A stretch of DNA of 64,000 bases from Picochlorum sp. SENEW3 (GCA_034226945.1 CP120456.1:1116001-1180000), one strand, 5' to 3'; shown: positions 46,923 to 59,518, numbered from the stretch's first letter. The notes: a model not told the origin generated them from the sequence alone. Numbers and translations: made by a program.

Positions 46923-49900
46923 TTAAACGTTGTAGTAGTACTGAGGGAAAGACGGGTGACGAGACTGTGGTGGCCAGAAATTGTGAAAGACGAAGATCTT
47001 ATGCCAATCGGCCTCAGTAAAACTAGTAACTGGCCTCCAGTCGTGAACCTTATCAAGCTCCTTATGCTGAAATTTGACCAAGTAGTGGGGTGTACCATAC
47101 TCGTCCTCTTTCACATCCACAATTTCTTCTACAACAAGAGGCTCCAACGAGGACGTCACAGTAGGTTCTACAAAGTCCTGAGACTGAACATGTTTCTTAA
47201 GCTTGGAAACATGGTAGTACGCCGTTTGGTTGCTCTTCCTATGAGGAATATCCAGCTTGTACGCTGTGTCTCCGATACGATCAATAATAGAGAATGGACC
47301 TTCATACTTTGGTGCAAGGGACCCATTTTTCTGCACTTTAGCATCAGAAATCTTGACGAATACGAGATCTCCAATGTTGAAGGAAAGAGGTCTATGATGT
47401 TGATTATAATACTTAGCTTGCTTTGCCTGTGCCTTGCTGAGGTGATTCTTGGCGAAATCCACGAGGTACGAAATCTTGTGGTCAGTCGTCATAAGCGAAG
47501 ATGAAGACGTGGGCTTGTTAAGAAAATCTGGCATGTGCCAATCCTCTCCAAAAACTAACCTGTTTGGGGAACAACCTGTGGATGCCTGCACCGAACTATT
47601 ATAAGCCATCTGTAAGGTGGGTAACGCTAAATGCCAATCCTGCGATCTGTGTTCCAACAAATATGAACGAAGCATCTGTTTGATTGTGCCATTGACGTTT
47701 TCAACCTGACCATTGGTTTGAGGATGTTCAACCGTAGCCAGCCTGTGCTCAATGCCAACAGTCTTCATGTAAGCTCTGAAAAATTGGCCTGTAAAAGCCG
47801 ACCCCCTGTCGGTGATAATCACATCAGGATGCCCAAAAAGATTGAAGAAATGGTGCCGCAGTAACTCTAAGGTTTCGGGGCCACCCACATGGACGTCACA
47901 AGGGATGAAGACAGCAAATTTAGTCAACCTGTCAACAACAACCAAAATGCCATTGGAACCCAATGAGGTTCTACGAAATGGGCCTACAAAATCCATGTGA
48001 ATGATGCCAAAACGCCGATTAGGGATTTCCAGCGACTGTAACAATCCTGCAGGAGCTTGCCGAGAGTGCTTGGAACAAGCACAGACTGGACATGCTGAGA
48101 TGTAGCGACGCAGCTGATTATACATCCCAGGCCAATAGTATTTAATTTTAGCTTCTGATAGCATTTATCTATACCCATGTGCGCGCCCTGGTGCTCATTA
48201 TTATGGTAGTAGTGAAGCAATTTACCTCGCAACATGTCTGGGACATACAAACATGATGGTGGGCCATTGTCGCGCTGAGCCAATGGCCAATGGTAGATAA
48301 CACCATCACGGACCACCAATTCTTTCGGAATAGGAAGTGTAGTTGACTTTGAATGTAAGAGAGCCTGAGCAATTGCATCCGAGGCATACGCAGCTTGTAC
48401 CTGAGATATCCAAGTGTCCCCTGCCAAGGTGAGTTGAACCGCTGCATACACAAAAGGGATAGACTCCTCTCTAAGGTGGCGCTTAAGCAATACTCGATTA
48501 ATGTCTGCAGGGTGATGCTCTTGAAAGATGGCTAAGGAAGACCAAGGGCATACGGAGGGAGGGCCCTCCAAGTGGACTGCAGCAACCACCAGCTCATGAT
48601 CTGGGCGCCTGCTTAAGCCGTCAGCAACAATATTTGTTTCACCTTTCTGATACTCTATTGACAGTTCTGGGCCCCATTCAAGCAATTCACACATCCACCT
48701 GACATGCCTTGATGACTGAGAAACGGCAATACTTTGCTGGAACTTGTGGACTAATGGACGATGATCAGTCCTGATCACGACCTTTTCACCAAAAATCAAA
48801 GGCTTCCACTTGTCCAGAGCTGCCATGATGGCAAGCCATTCACGATCAAAGGTACTATAATTTCGCTGAGCTTGGTTAAGCGAAACGCTCATATAAGAGA
48901 TTGGAAATAATGCATCGGTATGGTACTGCTGTAAGACTGCCCCAACAGCGATGAGACTGGCATCCGTATTGATATAGAAAGGTTGATCTGGAATGGGCAA
49001 CCTCAAGAGGGGAGGCTTGCTCAGTAACTGCTTTAACCCTTCAAACGCTGACTGATGCTGGGCGGTCCACTGAAATGTGACTTTGGAACTGGTGAGTTGA
49101 TTGAGCGGAGCAGCCAACGCCGCAAAATTCGCAATGTACTGGCGATAATAATTGCACAACCCAAGAAATTGGCGGACATGCTTCGTGTTGGCAGGCACTG
49201 GCCACGCTTGGATGGCATCAAGCTTGACTTGCACTGGTTGCAATCCATGCTTGGAAAGGCGACTCCCTAAAAATTGGACTTCTTCTTGGAAAAAATGACA
49301 TTTTTCAGGCGCGATGCGATAGTCCTCTTTTGCTAGAGCGGCAAACAGGCGCTCCAGAATAGACTCATGCTCCTCATGAGTGCAAGTGCCGACAATGATG
49401 TCATCGAGATACACCGCAGCATGATCTCGGAGATCATAGCGACGCAGCAAATCCGAAGTAAGGCGCTGCATAATGCTCGGTGCATTGCATAATCCAAAAG
49501 GCATGACACGCCATTGATATAAACCCTCATGGGTAATGAATGCTGTCAGGTGGCAATGGTCAGGATTTACCAAAACCTGATGATACGCCGACTTCAGGTC
49601 GATCACACTAAATATGGATTTGCCTCCAAACTGTGCTATCAGGTCATCCGTATGAGGAATAGGAAATCTGTTAGGTATTGTGACAGCATTCAAGCATTTG
49701 AAATCAAAGACTAACCGATCCTTACGGTTTGGTTCATGAACGATAAAAGCTGGAGAAGCCCAGGCTGATTGTGAATACTCTATAAACCCAAGCTTGAGAA
49801 GCTTGTCGACTTCCTGTCGAATCTTTGTTCGGTCCTTGGGGCCACAACGACGCGCTTTCTGAGACGAAGGAGAAGCCCCCGGCACTAATTGTATGTCGCA

Positions 49901-50424
49901 ATTAATAGAGCGCTGTGGGGGCAACCCTGACGGTGGCTCAAAAACGCATGAGTACTTCAAGATGCAAGGAGGAATGTGGCTCATGTGTGAAGAAGCCATA
50001 ACTTGCCTGCCAATAGGATAGATGGAGGTGGAAAACCACTGCTCCTGATACTCAAAACGAAGTTCATGTGTACCATGGTTGATGATGGCCTGGTGATCCT
50101 CAAACCACGGCACTCCGAGAGTAACATCTGCCACTTGGGGCATGACAACGAATGCCAGGACAGCTGAGTATTCCTGAATTGCGATGCGCAACTGAATGAC
50201 TTCAGACAAAGAGGCTGAATGGGCAACCCCTGACGCCAATGTGACCGACAATGGCTGACGCAAACGCTGCGTAGGTAAAGAATGTCTGGTAACCAAGGCC
50301 TGGTCGATAACGTTGGCCGAGCACGCCGTGTCGAGCAATATGTGCACCGGAATTGTCGATGACTGGGCATCATATAGGGTGCCCACGGCGATCGGTGGAA
50401 ACCCGACTGTGACGGAGGCCAACT
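46923..50424 (-). CDS. Pol exon: protease-RT-RNaseH-integrase-chromodomain, with one frameshift at ~48150
   Basis: Motifs LLDTAC, YLDDIIV, NTDAS, MDF / TDRG / GQVE, YEGPF and chromodomain VEEIVD..HYLVKF. Confidence 0.9.
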
Positions 50425-50616
50425 CTGCATAGAAATGTGAAGGACATCAGGAGGTTACAGAACACTACCCGAATTAAGAAAGAGAGAAAGCCAAAACCGG
50501 GATGCATGCCGATTCAATGCCGAATTGACGAGACAATAGTGGAAACTAGGGAGGTCATGACCCTTGTTGGACGCAGCAAGGGTGCAAGCAGTTGCTTTCA
50601 TCAACCTCGTTTGTGA

Positions 50617-50870
50617 TTCTTGGGGTGACCACTGGTGGACGCAGCAGTGGTGCGATAGACGCTTCACCAGCCAAGGCAATTTCATGCTTATAACCACTGG
50701 AGGACACAACAGTGGGGCGAGAAGTAGCTCTGTATGATTCTTGGGGTGACCACTGATGGACACAGCAGTGGTGCGATGAACGCTTCACCAACCAAGGCAA
50801 TATGGTTCTTGGGATGACCACTGATGGACACAGCAGCGGGCGACGGACGCATTCATCAACCAAGGCAATA
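50617..50870. repeat. Three ~63-bp direct repeats in the gag-pol spacer
   Basis: TCTTGGGGTGACCACTG..GGAC.CAGCAG..CCAAGGCAAT at ~50617, ~50738 and ~50807. Confidence 0.8.
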
Positions 50871-50986
50871 TCATGGGGGTAGATTACCAAACGGTGGACA
50901 CACCATTGATACGAGCAATTGGAACTGCTCAACCCGAAAATATCTAAAGAGGGGACGTTACCCAGAAAAGACCGAAAATGTAAGAA

Positions 50987-51772
50987 TTACTCACCGTCAT
51001 ATTTGAACGAAGGGGCTTGTAGCCCTGCCTCTGGCTGCATAGTCTGAGCTGCATGCGTAACTGGAGGCCGCCTCCAGCGCGGGTCTTGTCTGCGCTGACG
51101 ATCCGACCCGTTATTGCGCTTGAACTGAGGAGGCGCATAGGAATGCTTCAACTGCTGCACCTGTGTGCGAATATCCTGCGTCGAGGTAATGGACTCAATA
51201 TCAAGCTTCTTACGCAGCGGATTCGGCAAACTCTTGGCCATAGCTAAGGCAATAAACGCGTGGCTGTTGGCATGAAACCATGACAAAAAGGCTGGGTTAT
51301 TGGCAAGAGCGTGCATGTCATCGAGAGTGCTAAGCACTCGCTCAACAGCAGCCGTATTAGGCAAAACAGGCAAGTTCCAAAAGCATAACTGAGGCAACGT
51401 TTCCGCCACTGGAGGAAACAGTTTCTGCAAGGTTGCGGTAAAGTCGTCTAGACTCATCTGTAGGTACACGTCGACGGGTTTCAATTCCAAACGCATACAG
51501 AATTGCTGAATAATTTCGTCATCAGCCAATTGAAAACGATTTCGCATAACCTTAACCTGGGTCTCGACAAAAGCTTCCACCGAGGAAAAACTCTCCAAGG
51601 AAGGCATAACCTGGTAGTAGCCTCCACCCAGTTGAGAAACCATAGATGACCCCGCCGCATTCACACTGGCCGATCCGGATCCCATTAAGGCCTGTGGAGT
51701 AGATTGAGGATCTGAGGGCGTCTCAGGGCGAGCCCGCTTAGTGGACGCGCGAGTGCTGCGACGAGGCGGCAT
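50987..51772 (-). CDS. Gag (261 aa unspliced); probable first exon of spliced gag-pol
   Basis: First ORF after the 5' LTR/PBS. The stop lies immediately inside a GTGAGT splice donor. Confidence 0.75.
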   Translation of the reverse strand: MPPRRSTRASTKRARPETPSDPQSTPQALMGSGSASVNAAGSSMVSQLGGGYYQVMPSLESFSSVEAFVETQVKVMRNRFQLADDEIIQQFCMRLELKPVDVYLQMSLDDFTATLQKLFPPVAETLPQLCFWNLPVLPNTAAVERVLSTLDDMHALANNPAFLSWFHANSHAFIALAMAKSLPNPLRKKLDIESITSTQDIRTQVQQLKHSYAPPQFKRNNGSDRQRRQDPRWRRPPVTHAAQTMQPEAGLQAPSFKYDGE

Positions 51773-52068
51773 AGCTTGCAGAATTTCTGTCGGGGAAATT
51801 CGATTCTGTCAGCTCCACCAATGTAAGTAGGAAGGAAGATCACCTACTTAATATATCTAATTAAGACCTGATAATAGATTTAAGTAGAATAATATATGTG
51901 GATCTTCATGGATACGTTCAGATGATAAGAGATGCTCTAGATCTCTAGGATGGACCCGTGGGAGATCCGAGGGGGTCCATCACATGGGTACGTACCCACG
52001 GGGGTATACCCCACTTGATCAAGAGGCGACCTGGTCAGGGGGCATTGATGTAAAATCATACAATACAA

Positions 52069-54286
52069 TACACTGTGCACATAAAAATGACTACAATTGT
52101 AATATAAGCTTATCGAGACTGCGAGGGGTACGAAGCCCGCCACGCTGCGTTCGCGAGCGTCGATTTAACGAAAAATTCACGTAAATTCAGATGCCCGAAT
52201 TTTTGTGGTGCCCTATTAACGCCGTTGAAGCGCTATAGAAATACAAATATATATGATACATAAGATGGTATATCTTCTTGCCCATGAATACTGCCCAGGG
52301 CTACAGGAGTTGGCCAAATTTGGGCGTCATTAACGGTCGAGTGTCCGTGCGCACCTGTGGTTGGTATCTGGGCCACAGTATTGGCTCTCAATTAATCTAT
52401 TGTGGTTTGATATTCCATAAGAAATGGATTGCAAGATTCTATGTCGACGCCTGACGGGTATCAGAGGCAGCTCAGGGGAGCACATAGTGCCACACTTGGT
52501 CTCCCATCACAGGCTGATTTTGACCGAGAATATTATAACTCGTGTGATGTTTTCGGAACGGTCAAACATCCAGTGTGATGGGATGCTGTTCTTCACGGAT
52601 AGAGAGTATCCAACTGTCCGTTCAAATTGGCATTTTAATAGGTGACATTCGTCGATTCATGACACCTGAGTTTGGGCCAAGGGTGTCATTGCTCAAGGCT
52701 AACTGCACCATATTTCATCGCCCAGGGGGGGACATATTCTACAACAATCTGCCATGTTTTGGTGCATATCTGCTCCTGAATGCCATCTATCGTGACACTC
52801 CCACGCGCAAATGTCATAATGACCAGATGCTGCAATGCTCATGCAGCCAAGTCATCTCTCAAATGGAACAGTTACAGCCAACACTTCAATGCCAAGCATC
52901 ATGGAAACATATACAGTCGCGATAAGCGGGTGATATCCGTGAGCAGTACGATTTTCTGCGGATTGTATGCAAGTGCTGATGGTCCTGAGGCCATCCACAC
53001 CGCAGCCTATTTCCAATGAAGGTGGGCGTCAGTATCTCCGTCAGTTCCTGCGGTACGAATGTATCGAAACCGTATCATGAACTTGTTGATCTCTAGAGTA
53101 TGCCTTCGGACTTCTGTCGGTCCATAACAAGCTCGTTTGTGCCACTGTCCGCTCAAATGCTTGCATGTCACCATATTGCTTTCTTATGGCTCTCAGTGCG
53201 GTGCTGTTGTGGCCATGATGCGCGATGCATTAGCCCAAAGCTCATATGTACATGGAATTGTGAACGTGACGATTGATGGCCAATATAGCTGCTCATTATT
53301 GGCACAGAGGCAACAATACAAACCTCATAGCAGTAGAATCAATGTGGTTCTCTCGAGCTGTGACGTTTGATCATGAAGATCAAGCATGCCATCGAGATTG
53401 GTGTGTGTTCTGATTCTAGACAGAATCAATGTAGGTGCAGCGCTTCAGCGGGGTTGATGTTGAATATGAAAGCAGTTACATTGCAAGCCTTTCCCTCCTA
53501 CTGAAGAGATATATGTACCAGTTTGCAGATGGGGGATGTGACAGCGTACATTTCCAGTCGTGGCCTGGATTTCCTTCGCAGGGTACACAATATACTGCCT
53601 TGTCACTCTCGTGTCGTTGCCAACACAGAGCGTTCAACCTTCACACGCAATGAGGTTCGATAGAAGATGGGGTAGAGCACCAACCAATGTACAGAAGATT
53701 ATCTCTTCTTTCACAGGATAGTTTGAATTAGAGGTTGCCACATGAGGTTCAAATCTTCTCAGTATATTGAAATGACCATGATGACTAGATTTCTCCTAGG
53801 GATCTCATTTCCCTAGATGTTTACAAGAGATCTCCTCCCACAGGGACGTAGCTCTCTGCTACAGGGGATGTGATTCCAAGAGATGGAGACGCAGGTCTGC
53901 TTAGCCGATTCACGGTTTTGGGAGATTTGTATCGATATCAGGCAATGAGAAACCGCAAATAGAGCTTTGATGGCGTGTCGACAACTGCATTTGTGCAATG
54001 CCAGGTGATCCAGTGATCAGTCTATACTGCTGTAGTGCAAAGGATTTTCTAGGATCATGTGAATTAGAACGGATGTCAAAGAAACCCAGAACGCTTGGAA
54101 ATCCATACAAAGGACCATACAAGGTTTCAGTCTCACCACAGAATTGTCAGTACATGCATGTTCCCAGCCCATGGGGCTTGGCCAAACCTGGCCTACTGAA
54201 AGGGCGGTCCATCCGCCCTTTCCATCCAAACATCACTATGTCGATTGAAGTGTCATGAGACTCACGTCAATAAGGGGCCCGCGAGA
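52069..54286. repeat. 2.2-kb dispersed repeat, copy 2 (inverted relative to 18480-20696)
   Basis: Reverse-complement similarity over the whole length. Confidence 0.85.
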
Positions 54287-55427
54287 TACCCCTGTGTTGG
54301 ACTCCATACGCCAATTCCCTCGATCCGTGGTCGTTCCATACACCTGTAAGGCATCTAAAAATCCACTCTATCGATCCTATAGCCCAGACAAGCACATATC
54401 CAAGGTGAACTTGTCCAAACTGCTGAGTCAAGCCATGGCATCACCACAGGACAACACACCATGGCCACGTCCAATCCAAGGCCTGCGTAAAGCGCACTCT
54501 ACACTTGTCATGTCATCAAACGCATCCTATCATACCATGAAGCAAGTAGCAGACGCCCAACGACATTCAGTGGCGACCATGATGTGTCACTACAACGCTG
54601 TATCACCTTGTTGTTCTGTTGAGGGCGGTACCCAGGCCAGCACTCCTGAGGAGAGGATTGCACCAGTCATGCAGCAAACTGGTATCTCTCAGTCAAACGT
54701 TATTATCATGACACATTGCGGCGAATCTCATGGAAATGACTCTCCTGCATGGACTCTCTATTGCAGTAATCCAGACCTGCAAGAACGTGCAGAACAGGGC
54801 CTGGCCATCATGCAGGACCCATGCTCATCAAGAGGCCAATGAATGTGATGTTCTCGCAGAAGAAGACAGCGCTATGGAATTTTGACGCTAATCATATTTA
54901 CATTGCAGGTATCAACATCGGGTAAAGTAATGAGAGATCACTCATAGTTGGCAAACATAACGTAGCGGTCAAACAGGAGACCACTGTAGATGCAACAACA
55001 TGCCTGCCAATGCAAGTGCAACGCCATAGAGCAATGATGTACGCCACACGAGCGTCTTTTCATTTAGTAGTCTTCTTTCTTGAATGCAACTCTACGCTTA
55101 ACAGTAACGACAGAAATTCATGCTGACATGATGACAATCCATGCTCAACACCTCAGCTGATACATCACCCAGAGCAGAAAAGTCAACCATACTGGCTCAT
55201 ACTCATCTCCACAGACCTGTCCATCAGCCTCTGCTCTAATGCCCTCCCTGCCATTTTTCCAATAAAATTTACATGTATATATAAATTTATATATAAATTT
55301 TACCGAATTTGAGCCCGACTGTCTGACGCCTTGTGGCGTATTCAGTTTTTGACTTAGCTGGTTTGATCCATTAAAGCGGCCAACATGCCAGCCTGATACT
55401 TCGTAGCGCCAGCCCACTCTGAATGCT

Positions 55428-57020
55428 TCAAGTACTGATAGAGCAAGTTGGTTGGGAGAAAAGTGTGTCTATAAGTGTACCGCGATATTGTAACAAGAAA
55501 ATCCTGCAATGATCACGAAGGCCAGGCACGCATAACTCTTTTGAGGGTTTCCCAATATTTTGTATGACATCCTCCTTCCTGAAAAGACTATCTTTTATTT
55601 TCACGTGGTCTGTTGATTCAGCTTCCCAATCCATGACGATTACCTTTTGACTGTTGGAAGCAGCCTTTTGATATATTGAAAAAAAATCAGTCTTTTCCAC
55701 TGCTCCCTCTCCCACCAAAATGTGCAAGATAATGGTGTGAGCTCGACAGTGGCCTAGTGACATGAACTTTTCCACGGACAAGACAGTTCTTGGGAATTCA
55801 CTCATTCCTCCAGGCAAAAGTTCGTGTTTCAACACCTCCACAATATTCTCTTTGAAATCCACCATGGTTGTTAGCCAGTAAAAGGCATTGAAGTGCGTAT
55901 TTCCGGTGCTTCTTGCATGAAGCTGCAAGTAATTGTCATTTTGGGGCATACCATCAAACTTGGGGATAGGAGGTACGCTAATGATATGCAAAACTTTTTT
56001 GGAGTCTAGCAGTTCCTTCTTCATATCAAGAATCGCATGTTGAATCGGTATTCGCTGCTCAAAGCCACTGAAACTTAAAATATTCGATGCATAAATTGCA
56101 AGATCCGAGTCAGACGATATGGGTGCATCCCAGAGGCTCCCAAGATAGAATTTGTGATTTGCTCTTTGGACTGCAGATTTCAATTTCTGAAATTGGGCAT
56201 CAGACGCCATAGCACCAAAGCCGTAGTCCAGACTGCCTCTGTTCACAACTCCAATCTTTCCAACCTGGGTCAATGGCCCTGAATTGTTCTGAAGCAAGGG
56301 CAAAATGATGTGTTGATTCACTCGAGTGTTGTTGCTGATAGGCCCTGTTTGAGCTCGGGGAACGATGTTTTCCTGATACAATCTTTGGAGTTTAGGGCTT
56401 AATTTTGATAGGGTTTGATTTCGTATCTCCTCATCAGGCTCAATGTCCATAAATGGTTGAACTGTATTTACAGTTAAGGTAGAGACTTTTGCAGGGTCTC
56501 TACAAAAGACTTTCTTGACGTAGTCAGATCTGTCATTTGAGATAGATATCAACGTTAATATTAACTGAGCATTGTCCAGGGCATGGCAATTCACATCAAC
56601 CCATGTGATGGACTCTAACTCGCTCCAGAAAGGAAACAGATGCAGCACAGACATTCCTCCAGCAACTGAAATCAACTGTGTGACGTTATAGATTCCGCTG
56701 TTCTCAGACATTGCATTAATATTTGACAAGACTTTCGACATTGAAAGCTGGTCCTCAGCGAATCCCACATAAACATCCTCTTTTCCGCTAAAGTACTTGA
56801 TGTCATATTTTGATTGATAGAATTCACAAAAGCTGTAAGAATTTTGTAGATCCGTCCCTATGGAGTTCAGCTGGCCTGGCGAAGAACTTTCGGGAGGTCC
56901 CAACTTTATCAGAACACCTCTCTCTCTATATATATATATATATATAAGCATCGATGCCACGGCGAGGAAGCCAACGTCTCTCCTTCTGAGTGCCCAGGCC
57001 GGATATGCTCTGCCGGCCAT
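55428..57020 (-). CDS. Membrane-anchored hypothetical protein (~530 aa), possibly with a SAM-binding Rossmann fold
   Basis: Long intronless ORF with an N-terminal TM segment (VGFLAVASMLIYIYIY). ISVAGG...ITWVDVN resembles SAM motifs I/II; the function call is weak. Confidence 0.65.
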   Translation of the reverse strand: MAGRAYPAWALRRRDVGFLAVASMLIYIYIYRERGVLIKLGPPESSSPGQLNSIGTDLQNSYSFCEFYQSKYDIKYFSGKEDVYVGFAEDQLSMSKVLSNINAMSENSGIYNVTQLISVAGGMSVLHLFPFWSELESITWVDVNCHALDNAQLILTLISISNDRSDYVKKVFCRDPAKVSTLTVNTVQPFMDIEPDEEIRNQTLSKLSPKLQRLYQENIVPRAQTGPISNNTRVNQHIILPLLQNNSGPLTQVGKIGVVNRGSLDYGFGAMASDAQFQKLKSAVQRANHKFYLGSLWDAPISSDSDLAIYASNILSFSGFEQRIPIQHAILDMKKELLDSKKVLHIISVPPIPKFDGMPQNDNYLQLHARSTGNTHFNAFYWLTTMVDFKENIVEVLKHELLPGGMSEFPRTVLSVEKFMSLGHCRAHTIILHILVGEGAVEKTDFFSIYQKAASNSQKVIVMDWEAESTDHVKIKDSLFRKEDVIQNIGKPSKELCVPGLRDHCRIFLLQYRGTLIDTLFSQPTCSIST

Positions 57021-57116
57021 CAACACTTGGATTCTCGAACGAGTCGAAGCTGGTTTCACGAAAAAGTAAAAGCAATTGACTCAAAATTCGATTTGTAACA
57101 ACTGGCTTCAAAATAT

Positions 57117-59477
57117 TTTTTTATTTTCCAGTCTTACATGCCCGGTGGTGATGCATAGTGAAAGATGAGCACAATCCTCAAATTCGGATTGAGGGGCTCG
57201 ATTCCTTGAAAGAGCCTTTACTCATCCCCACCACCATCACCTCGTTTAGGCCAAGGTGTAATAATTGATGGATTGCAAACAATTGACTCAAACCATTCGT
57301 TCCAGTGATGGAAGGGAAGAAGTGGAATCCACACACGACGAGGCAAGCCTGGAAGTGTGCTTTGGAGGCACTGGGAAGATTTTGCCCACTGGCAGCCCAT
57401 GAACCTCTGGGCCATGCTTCTTATTCCATCGCTGAGAGAATGTTTGGATAGCTACCTATTGGCTAATGGATGCTTCCTACAAGTTGCACCCCTGGTGGTG
57501 GTTTGGGGAACCAGCTGTTGGTGTTGGTGTTCCAGGCTATAATTGGGAGGGTGGCGTGCTCTGGCTTGCCTTGAGGCATCTTCTTGGCGTGGAGATGGAG
57601 GAGGTTCCAGAAGGTCTGAACGGCGATGGTCTTTCCTTTGCTGACAATGGTATCTGTTTGGGGGACTGGGCCCTCTGTATGGTACTTCAATTTGTACATG
57701 TAGCGTCTGCCTCTGTCAATGGCATACACCGCGCTGACGCAGATGAAGAGCCATATATTTTTTGGCACATGCTGGGGTGGTGTTCCTGTCCATACGAGGA
57801 ACGGCACTTTTTCCGCATGGATGGACTCGCCCGACAGCTGACCGTACACGGCTGCTGCCACAGGGCAGTGCTTGAAGTGGTGAAGGATGTCAGGTGTCTC
57901 GCACATGCCACATGCGCATGGCTTCGACCCTGACGAGCGGATGAAGCCGCCCATGGACGCATGCCAGAACGGCTCCTTCCACGTATTGTCCATCGGGAAG
58001 CTCTCAGAGGTGTTGGTGGATCAGGGGGCTGCCCGGAGCCTGTGTGGCTCCGCAGAGGGCATACAGCCATCTGTAATAGGCATCGGCCCTCTCTAGCTGT
58101 CCTTCCATCGATAACAAGCGAGTGCCCATCTTCACTGTATACTTCTTCATCGGGTGGGCTTTTGGGCCGATGGTCCAGTGGTAGTCGTCCCTGTACCAAG
58201 TCTGTTGCTCTGGCTGGGTCCTGTTTGCCTGGATGGTCTCGATGCACGCTGGGATCGAGACCAGATATGCTTGTCCCTCGACGATGGTCGTCATTGGCGG
58301 CAATGCGCACTCGCGCAAGCACTGGGTGGAGGTAATATGAGCATCATGTGGGTGTAGAAGGAAGGCATTCCACACCAGCTGCGACCACAGTTGCGATGTC
58401 CCCACGCGTAGCAGCCGCAAGCACCATTTTGCTTGTCTTGCTTGGGTATGCGCTGCAAAGTTGAGGCAGCCTAGACCTCCTTCTTGTGGTGGGTCCGACA
58501 TTCGTGTCGTACTCCAGCAGCGAGCATTATCAGGCAGCAGTTCTCGTGTGAGCTTGGTGATCTCTCTCAGGACCTCTTGTGGCACTCTGGTGAATTCTGC
58601 AGCATACAAGATTCTCGAAATGACAAAGGTGTTCCACAATCGGAACTTTCCAAAACAGGAGATCCTGTTAGCTTTGATGACCTTGGCTGTCGTTGCCATG
58701 CTGTTCAGTTCGCTGTCCCAGTCGACCGTCGGTGGTGCGGTCCCATGGTGCACGGTGATACCCAGCACCTTGGCCTCTGTCACCAATTGGAATCCCTCCA
58801 GTGCACGAGGCAGTGTGGAGGGTATCCTGCCGATGGCCAGCAGGTGTGTCTTATCTCGATTCAATCGTTGTCCAGTAGCCTGATGAAATATGTTCATGCA
58901 GGCCCTGAACGTCTTGACCTGCTCTTGACTGCCGAGAAACACTTTGCTATCATCTGCATATTGGCTCAACTTTAGAGTCACGGTGGTGGGCTTGCATGCA
59001 TCGAATGCTCGTCCCCCATTGTGGCATTTGGCCACTCTATATGGACACTGGAGTGTGATGCCGATGCCCGTGGCATCAATGAGGAGGTGGAGCATGTACC
59101 CAATGAGGAGGTAGAGGATGGGTGAGGCCGGACAGCCCTGTCGGATCCCCGCGTGGAACTGCTTGTATGACGATATGTGGTTATCGGCATACACACGGTT
59201 CCTAGTATGCTTCATGATACCTTGTATCCAGGCCATAAGGAAGCCTGGCATTCGGAGTTCTCTGCAAATCTGTAACAGAAAACCCCGGTCAATGGTATCA
59301 TATGCTTTTTTGGAAGTCACACAGACCCACCAATGCCCATTTGTTTTCGTGTGTCAAGAGGTGTGGCACCGCATCTTGAATCCATATATTCTGCGCTGAG
59401 TGTCGTCCAGGGAGAAAGGCCGTTTGTGTCTCAGGGATGAGCTTACTCATGGGCAGAGTCAGCCGATTCTTGAGCAC
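57117..59477 (-). mobile_element. 5'-truncated LINE-C (RT, C-terminal Cys motif, 3' UTR), frameshifted
   Basis: Motifs KAYDTIDR, GIRQGCPASP, QYADD and CACGMC. The 3' end is placed at an A-rich tract and is approximate. Confidence 0.85.
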
Positions 59478-59514
59478 AATGTTGAGAAATTTATCAAGGG
59501 ATACAAAACCTCCT
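59478..59514 (-). repeat. Remnant of the LINE-A 3' UTR
   Basis: AGGAGGTTTTGTATCCCTTGATAAATTTCTCAACATT matches 38015-38051 with 2 mismatches. Confidence 0.75.
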
Positions 59515-59518
59515 AAGT

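Larger units (their letters stand above)
46719..51984 (-). mobile_element. Ty3/gypsy chromovirus, full length, recent insertion
   Basis: 163-bp LTRs at 46719-46881 and 51822-51984 that appear identical; TSD TGGGT. PBS TGGTGGAGCTG (tRNA-Ala-like 3' end); PPT GAGGGGGGAGGAA. Confidence 0.95.

Noticed and set aside
54255..54842. 195-aa ORF
   Set aside because: It begins inside the 2.2-kb repeat and has no motif support.
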